NCBI GenBank assembly: GCA_003427395.1
Contig: BFEA01000016.1
Coordinates: forward strand, 3,173,122-3,217,130
Source: Chara braunii
Taxonomy: Eukaryota; Plantae; Charophyceae
Reading direction: 5' to 3'
DNA length: 44,009 bases
Position numbers and translations under genes: made by a program. Below, one piece after another: positions 36,671 through 44,009 of the stretch (positions are counted from its first letter, which is position 1; the number at the start of each line of letters is the position of its first letter). The notes beneath the pieces were generated by a model that saw only the letters and a list, made by a program, of their open reading frames with translations, was not told the origin of the DNA and ran no database searches.

Positions 36671-36715
36671 AAACTGAACAACTTTTGCCTTGGAGTGTGA
36701 TCGAAATTCTTTACC

Positions 36716-38130
36716 TTTTTTTTTTTTTTTGGCCCAGCCGCGCAAGTGGTCCTGGACCACTCTGGTAACCTTTCCCTTATGTTGCATCCTTTTCGGAAGT
36801 TTTTCCCTGTTTTTCCGTTTTTTGTTGAAAGGCGTCCTTATGGCCCTGGCTCCTTATCCATTCTGTTCAGCATCAGTCTGGTTCCTATTCCAATGGCAAG
36901 TCAGACAAGATACAATGTAACACACACAATGGTTCCTTCCATTTGGACGACGGACCCCTGAACAGCATTGATTACTCCAATGAGTGGAGGATTGACTGTC
37001 AGCTTGCCTTCCCTCCTTAAGGCTCTTCTCAGTCTCGGCGAGACACCGATATTGTCAGTCATACAAAGAAACAAAAACTCTTGATGGGCCGGTATAGGGC
37101 CGTCCCTTCTTGAGCCACTGTTTCATTCTCAACCTGCTGTCGCTGGTTGCCTCCTTCCATACCTCAGAGTCCCCGACTCCTGTAGCAACACTCGCCTCTA
37201 TTCCCTGTCCTGCTGAGTTATGGCCATCTCCCCGTAGCTGGTTCACAGTTGCCATCAAATTCTCCGGTGGTGGATTCAGGTTGTCCTATTCAACCCTTCA
37301 GTTGGGCAGGGATCTCTTCCAAGTTGTGCCGATACGACCACCTGAGTTGCAGTTCCCTGAAATCTCTTCCACTTTGCCATGAGCCAACCATGCACATCTA
37401 AATTTCATCTTGATATCCTGGGTGGTTCTGAATGCAAGCTCTTAGGTTCTTCCATCTGCAGCTGATCTCTGTTTCAATCATCTCTTCCATCGCTGCCCAC
37501 ACATGTTCTCTTGCATTTCTCGTGCTGTCAAGGGTGATGCTGCATCGTCCCTTTCCAGATCGCCCATAAGCTTGCTTTCCTTATCAAACCAACCAGACAT
37601 TTTTGGGCCCGCTGATGTGAGCGGGAATGTTAGTCCAGAGTAGTGATTGGAGAGGGTGTTCAGGGAAATGGCCCAGAGGTCACTAGCCCTTTCCCAGTAT
37701 TCAGTAGCTTCCTAGCAATTAACTAGACAACGTAGGATGTCCTCCTGAGCCTTGTCTGAACTGCCCGGATTGAATTTTCTCCTCCTTGTGTAAAGCCATA
37801 CATTCACTGACAGGGCTATATATGCGTTCAACCAATGAAGACTTCTAATCTTCATCCGCCTTAAGGATTTATGCCGTTTCCATGGGATCGCTATCTGAAA
37901 TATATGTTTCGGGTTCTCCCAGAACCCTCAGTTTACTTAGATGGAACTTCCAGGGTTCCTTCCTCCGGTCTATGTTCGTCATCGTAACCTTGCCTACTTG
38001 ATCATAGAGGAGTGGAAAGGATGTGAAGGCGACGGCCTGGTAGGCTGCGTTATGCGACCTACGTGAAAATTTGTAGGGTCTAAGAGGGTGGGTATCCTGA
38101 ATTAGCACCCCCTACTCTCCTACCTTCCAT
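36716..38130 (-). mobile_element. Decayed LINE 3' fragment (ORF2 C-terminus, 3'UTR, tail)
   Basis: MKIRSLHWLNAYIAL..EDILRCL..EATEYWERASDLW on the minus strand; family 3' motif at 36835-36902; poly-T at 36716-36730. Confidence 0.8.
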
Positions 38131-38175
38131 GTGAATTCTTCAAGCAAAAGTACCTTCCACGACACTGGCACACAT

Positions 38176-40040
38176 CTTCTTCTTTTTCTTTTACGGTTCT
38201 GGCTCCTTTTCCATTCTGGGGAGCATCAGTCTGGTTCCTATTCCACCGGCAAGTCAGAAGAGATTACAAAAGAAACTCACTCACGCTCCTCCACATCATG
38301 GTTGGGAGGCCCTAGTGGACGGCATTGATTACTTCCGGAGGGAAGGATGACCACCCGTCACTCCTACCTAAGTTAGCCTGCTTGACTTACTTTTTGAAGT
38401 TGGATGCTACCGTCTTCACCCGAATAGAACGCCCGGTCATTATAGCCGTATTTGGGTGCAAGTTTCAGTCTAGGTACAGCGATAATGACCGGGCGTTGTA
38501 TTCAGGTGAAGACGGTAGTAAGACTTCCACTACTCCTGTTTGCTATATGTAGCTTATCTGTGGGTGCCCTGTCTCGCTCTTTCCTCTCAGCTAATTGACT
38601 GTCGGATTTGTATTAGGTGTTGGATCTGCTAGCTTGGCTGCTTGATGTGGCACTTGCTTAAACCCTAAACCCTGGTGGCCCCTTCTTTCTGGGGTGGCCA
38701 GACCGGTTTCTGTGTCGTTGGAGATGGGATTTGGGGAGAAAGTAGCAGTTGTTGAGTCTGACTGAAAAAAATTGGAGGGGTAGCGCGGTAAAGGGGGATG
38801 TGATTGATGTGCGGCTAATGTGAGGGGGGGGATATGACCGGGTAAGGATAATTCTACTATTGCTTTGGAGATCAGAGTGACTGGAGATCAGTTCTGCTAG
38901 GGAATTATGACTGCTTTAAACCCTTAACCCTGGAGACGTCTATGGCTGTATTCTGTATCCTGGTCGTCCGATGCTCAATCCTCAGAATTCTGTGGAAGGG
39001 GGTTAGGGGTTGTGGGTAGAGGGGGTTATAAGACGAGGGCTTGATTACTCAGTGGGTGCGGTTGCGGGTGACTGTGGGATGGAAGGGATGTTAAGGTGTT
39101 TGGCTGGGGTAGCGGGGTTGTGGGATTCATTAGAGGGGAGTGGAAGGTGGGGAGGAGGGGAGGTGTGGGACGCTGGCACACATCTTATCATTGTTTGGAG
39201 GTTCTCTTCAAGATGATGACGATCTTTTAACTCCGCTGAGTCCGCTCTTAATTTGTCTCCCCTTATCCAGTCCGTGGTCTCCTTGTCGCATAGGTGCCTA
39301 ATCTTCCATACCCCTTGACACACCCAGTTTAGCCATCGCTTATCCCTTTCTTGTTAGTGTGCTTATGTGATTTCCATCATCTTTCACGGGTTGTCAAATA
39401 TTGGTTGTCTTAGAACCTCTTCGTTGGATCTGGGGTTAATGACCATCTTGGGGAATATTGGTCTCCAGATTTTGATTAATGTAATCCAATACAGAGTGGG
39501 TGTAGGGTGTTCTGGGAAGGAGCACCTCTCTGTCCTCTTTTCCTGCCTGTTTTCGGGTTCCACTCTTTATTCATTATCCAAAAGAGACCTGACACATTAG
39601 GGTGAGACGGTATTGGGGTCAGCTCCCTGATGCTGTTTCTCGCTAAGCTATATTCCAGGCCGTATGGTGTTGGGTGAGCAATTTAATTATTATCCATTTG
39701 GTTTGATCAGTGATTCCTAGTTCCACTCCTGTTTGTTTTTTCTTATGACGTAGGTAGTACCAGGCAATCTTGGGGATGTATGTAGTCTTGTTGTTGGGGT
39801 CTCCCGACCAAAGGTATGCCTTTTTTTCTTTGTTCAGTTCATAGATAGTGATATCTGGTGTCGTCCAGATTGATGCTACGTACCATAGCATCGAGAAGAT
39901 TGAGGAGTTTGAAATTAGAGCCCTTCCAAGCAGTGAGGAAAAAGTCAGGTTCCATGTACTCATTCTGTTGAACCTGTTGATTGATTTAGTTACGATGTTT
40001 AGAGCCATTTGTGCAGCTGGACCATCTTTATTTTTACCAT
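38176..40040 (-). mobile_element. Decayed, internally deleted LINE (ORF2 fragment plus 3'UTR)
   Basis: ORF 39643-40008 (SSIFSMLWY..LWSGDP..IPKIAW), EVLRQP near 39400, telomere-like motifs at 38659 and 38917, family 3' motif at 38195-38255. Confidence 0.85.
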
Positions 40041-40127
40041 TATGCCCAGGTACCGTCTGACTGATCAGTGTGTCCTTTTCTTTTCATCATTCATTTTGTG
40101 TCAACTGTCCTATCCTCGGTGTTGCAG

Positions 40128-40283
40128 GTGGCTAATCGAAAAAAGCAAACAGCTACTAGGGCAAAGACAAATTATCCAAAGTGGAACGAGGAACTGCACT
40201 TCAAGTCTGTTAGCGCAAACTGTGACTTGCATGTGACCGTCTTCAGCCAAGAGATAAATGGCAGCGATGTGTTTCTCGGCGAG
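40128..40283 (+). CDS. VPS13: VPS13 exon, C2 domain
   Basis: CAG/GTATTT. VANRKKQTATRAKTNYPKWNEELHF...LHVTVFSQEINGSDVFLGE has the C2 P.WNE.F.F and FLG motifs. Confidence 0.85.
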
Positions 40284-41034
40284 GTATTTACCACAGAAAT
40301 GTCCACTCTGTTCTCCTCTCCTATTTTCTCCTGTCTTTCCCTGTTTGTTCTGCCGAGAAGAGAAATTGAGATATGGATGCGTTTCCTGTCAAGGTGTTTG
40401 CTCTTCATGCATTCCCTTAACTCAACCTTTGGGCTGAAAAAGTCGGGGGGGTCCCTGTTAACCACTTGTGCTCACTTCAGCTTTTATCATCCCCTCTGAC
40501 GTCCCACACTCAGGTGAACAGGACTGCTCCCCTTTTTCATAGGGGAGCAAGTACGGTACTGATGTGTTTCCAGGTCAGGTTTCTGAAATGCACACATCTT
40601 GGTCTAGTAAGTCTGGGCTTTTGCGGACTTGAACAGCTAGCCAGACCTGTACCAGCAGTTCATTCCTTGTTCGGTCTCTGGATTGTGTCATGCAAAGGGT
40701 ATTTTATTTCCCCCTATGGTGGGCAGCGTGATGCTCTGGTGTCTCCCTAAATTTCCTTTGAGGAAATAGTTCCTTTTGCTCCGAGCGGGTGTACTCTAGC
40801 AACCAATCCCTAGCGGGTGGGCACTATGTGCAATCTCCCATTCTAAGGAGGATGACTTCTCCTGTTTGTTTGCCCTTAAAATCGTTGGAGAATCTAATCC
40901 ATCGTAATCTCCTGATGTCGATGCTGCCCTAACCAATCAGGTTGTTCCTGCCAAAAATCAGTTTGTAAGATGATTTAAATGTCAGGTTTTGGAAACATAG
41001 GACCGACAACTGCCCCTTTTTGCTTGCTTTTCAG

Positions 41035-41187
41035 ATCATCATTCCAGTTATGGAGGAGGATGGAACTGTTGAAAAGGAGCCGTGCTGGTACAGCCTTGGA
41101 CGCAGAAATGGCAAAGGGCGTTTCGGTGGAAGTGTGTTTCTTTCGACAGTTTGGGAGGCAACTCAGCTGGACATCCTCACTCTGGAG
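41035..41187 (+). CDS. VPS13: VPS13 exon, end of C2 domain
   Basis: CAG/GTAAGA. IIIPVMEEDGTVEKEPCWYSLGRRNGKGRFGGSVFLSTVWE. Confidence 0.85.
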
Positions 41188-41538
41188 GTAAGAACTTGCT
41201 CTTGCTTCTTTTCCCATGCCTCAGAGATTTGTTTTTTGCCTTTATGTGATTTTATGTCCTTTGCTGACGATGTCAAGCCCGGAAATTATTCCAGCTTCCT
41301 TGAATCCTTGCCAAAATTTCCAGGCGTGTGCAACATTGCCCTTGGTTGTCAGTGACTTCAATCACCCACACCGGTAAGTAGCTCATCTCAACAAGTAACC
41401 ATGGCTCAACCTGATGAAGGGAGCCTTGGCAGCATCTTCCATCATCTACCAGTTTTTTCCTCATGGATTGTGGTGTCTTACGTTTGTGTGTCTGAGGGGC
41501 AGTGGACCAAAAACGGGGGCAAAGAAGATGGAAGGAAT

Positions 41539-43628
41539 TGTGTATGCCACTGAGTACGACGCGCCTGCGCCACCGGTTAGCGCACGCCACCAAGCGCTAG
41601 GGGCTAGCACTTAAGTGGTAGCTCCGACGCGCGGATTCTCGCCCACGCAGCAGTTCGAATTTTCGAACCGCGCCCCGCACCCTTCGACGCGGGCATCTGC
41701 CTGCAGCCCAACTTCCCACCACGTCGCGCTCCCGAGCTCCCAAGCCGCCATCGCCAGCACCAGAGGAGAGCCCTTCCACACCAGGAAACAACTTCAACTT
41801 CACGAGTGTGAAAGCCTACATCGCCAGATGTAGAGGAGCCCCCCGCCATACCTGGACGTCACGGGCCTCCAACTCGACGCTTCCGGAAGACAACGGAGGT
41901 TCCTGCACTCTCGTAGCCATCAACACGAAGCCGTCAGCGACAAGTACCAATCTCGGAGGGATGCATGCAGCCCCGTGGACAAGCTGACAGCCCGATCAGC
42001 CAGCAGCCATCACCAACGGAGGAGATCGTTCTCCACCTACGAGAAGACTCCCAACGCGTCGCATGAGCACGGTATTTCCAGACCAAGCCCGAATCTCATC
42101 CTTCCTGCGAACCTCCCCCAACCCCCCCTAACCCCCCGCTCCCTCACCCGACAACTTCGGATAACTTCCACCCTACTCCTCTATATATTGACTCCCAGCG
42201 GCCCAAACCCTGCCCTCAGGCACAATCAGTACACCACACGAGCACCCTTTACCCCCCCTGGATATCCCAGCCGCACCTGCACCCACTCAAGTAGCATCAA
42301 GATCCGCCCCTCACAGCTAGCCTCCCCTACCCGCCCTGATCCAAGCCCTATCACACCGTCTCCTCCCCCCCCCCCCGGCCACGGCAACAACAGCCGGATA
42401 AAGCTCACCGTAAGGTCACATCATCCCGCAACCCATCTCCTGCCGACAGCGCCTCACTTTTTCCCACCTCTGCTGCACTTACACACACTCCGTCTGTGGC
42501 ATACTGGGTAGCCACACGGGCCTACAGGGCCCGTCCCGGACATTCAGCCTAAAAGCCTAAAACTTAGGGCTTACAGGCCCCGTTCATTTCAGCCTGAATG
42601 CTGAAAAACGAGGGCCTGCAGGCCCTACCTCGTTTCAGCCTATTTCTGGGTCTTTGCAGACCCAGAGTTTCAGCCTGAAACGGAGGGCCATTTTCAGGCC
42701 CTCATTATTTCGACCTGCCCCTAAGACTCAGGCACGGAAACAGGAATGTGGAACAGGCCCAAAATAGCCTGTTCCTCACATGCTCGAGCAGGAGCTGCAG
42801 CTGCAGCCCCTGCCTTCCGTCGGCAGGCTCAAGAGGCACACCCGNAGTACATAGGAAGACCCATGCACTTCACGGGTAGTCAGTAGTCAGTAGGGGAGGT
42901 AGTCTTCAGGATTCGGCCGCAGCACTCAGGAGGAGCGCTGCAGTAGTCTCCAGCGCTAGGCCGTAGTGGTAGAGTTAGCTGTAGTCTTCGGCGCTGGGCG
43001 CCATAGCTGAGCGGTAGTCTTCAGCGCTGGGCGCTGGTAGGAGGTAGGTCGTAGAGTGGAGAGAGGCTGGCGGAGGCCAGCGTTACTTACCTGTGGCGCC
43101 ATCGCTCCAGCTCCATCTTCGTGGTACCTGCATCAAGGCGCCAACTTCACAGGTTAGTACTGGACACACAGAGAGAGAGAGAGAGTTCTTCTTCTTCCTC
43201 TTCTAAGTCCACCTTCTCTTCTCACCCTCTCGCCACCTGACTTCTCAGACTACGACAGAGAGAGACNGAGTTGTGACTTGAGACTTGACGACTTTGGATC
43301 CAGACTTGACATTTGGGATTCAGACAGTTCGACGAGGGATTATTTGGGCTTGTGCCAAAGACTTGGTGTTAACGACATTCCCATCTTCCCCCTCCTCTTC
43401 GTCCATCCCCTTCCTCCTCGTCTGTGCATGTTCTGGGCTGGCGCTGTCTTCCTGTGTGAAGCGCCAGACCCATTCACACTATGAAACGATGATGATGATG
43501 TATGTTCAGGGCTGCATTACAACATTGATTGTTCGGATCACTGGTATCTAAGTCTTCCGCTGTGCTATCTTATACTTGTATTGAAAGGTCGGTTCTTGTT
43601 CTGGTCTGCACCTATACGGTATGCAACA
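41539..43628 (+). mobile_element. 5' LTR (~2.1 kb) of an LTR retrotransposon continuing beyond the window
   Basis: Ends ...GGTATGCAACA like 1-252 and is followed by a PBS. The start at TGTGTATGCC is inferred from an imperfect inverted match to the end. Confidence 0.7.
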
Positions 43629-43631
43629 GTT

Positions 43632-43645
43632 TGGTATTGGAGCGG
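43632..43645 (+). promoter_or_regulatory. Primer binding site (initiator tRNA-Met-like)
   Basis: TGGTATTGGAGCGG, 3 nt after the LTR; plant iMet PBS consensus is TGGTATCAGAGC. Confidence 0.65.
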
Positions 43646-43730
43646 ACCTCTCATACAGAGGACCCACTCAATCAAGTAGCCAGCTTGCGATCTATTGATC
43701 ACTCATTAGTAAAGCAAGTAGGACTTGGTC

Positions 43731-44009
43731 AAATCTCTGAAAAAAAAATTCTCGCAACAACTATCTGAACTTTCTGATATTCGCATTTCGTTCTATCTGA
43801 AAATTTCTGGTATTAGTAGTTCGTTTTTACGTAACAAATATCTGAAAATTTCTGATAAATCGCATTTCGTTTTGTCTGAAAATTCCCGATAGTAGCATTT
43901 CCTTTCTCTGATATTTCGCATACATAGCAGAAATTTCTGAAGTTAGTATTTTCGTTCTCTAGGCATATTGGGATAACGATAGAAGTGGTCATATTCTCGG
44001 AAACTGAAA
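43731..44009. repeat. Degenerate short tandem repeats in the LTR-element leader
   Basis: Recurrent TCTGAAAATTTCTGATA..CGCATTTCGTT units. Confidence 0.75.

Noticed and set aside
41597-42511. ORFs within the right-hand LTR
   Set aside because: Low-complexity GC-rich translations with no domain signal.

Overview
Eukaryotic, green-plant-type nuclear DNA (plant-type U6 sequence, plastid infA insert, TTTAGGG motifs; TE-stuffed giant introns are reminiscent of a charophyte such as Chara, which is inference only). The window lies inside one + strand host gene. Ten GT-AG exons (13222-41187, 2688 nt, 896 codons, phases join without stops) encode the VAB/SHR-binding region of a VPS13 lipid-transfer protein, followed by a coiled coil, a long low-complexity linker and a C2 domain. 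The introns are filled with mobile DNA: a near full-length, decayed L1/Tx1-type LINE (253-10666, minus; long 5'UTR with ~250-bp monomers), many truncated LINEs and LINE 3' ends, Ty3/gypsy LTR pieces, a family of TTAA-flanked MITEs, a retroposed U6 fragment with TSD, and a plastid insert. The most unusual items are: (i) an A-tailed, 5'-truncated insert encoding a USP-like deubiquitinase C-half fused to two atypical RING fingers; (ii) a conserved multi-hairpin LINE 3' end plus paired telomere-repeat motifs in LINE 3'UTRs; (iii) a tRNA-derived A/B-box sequence at an LTR-like terminus; (iv) TTAA-targeting MITEs with ACCAC termini; (v) a Tudor/Agenet-like segment in LINE ORF1.
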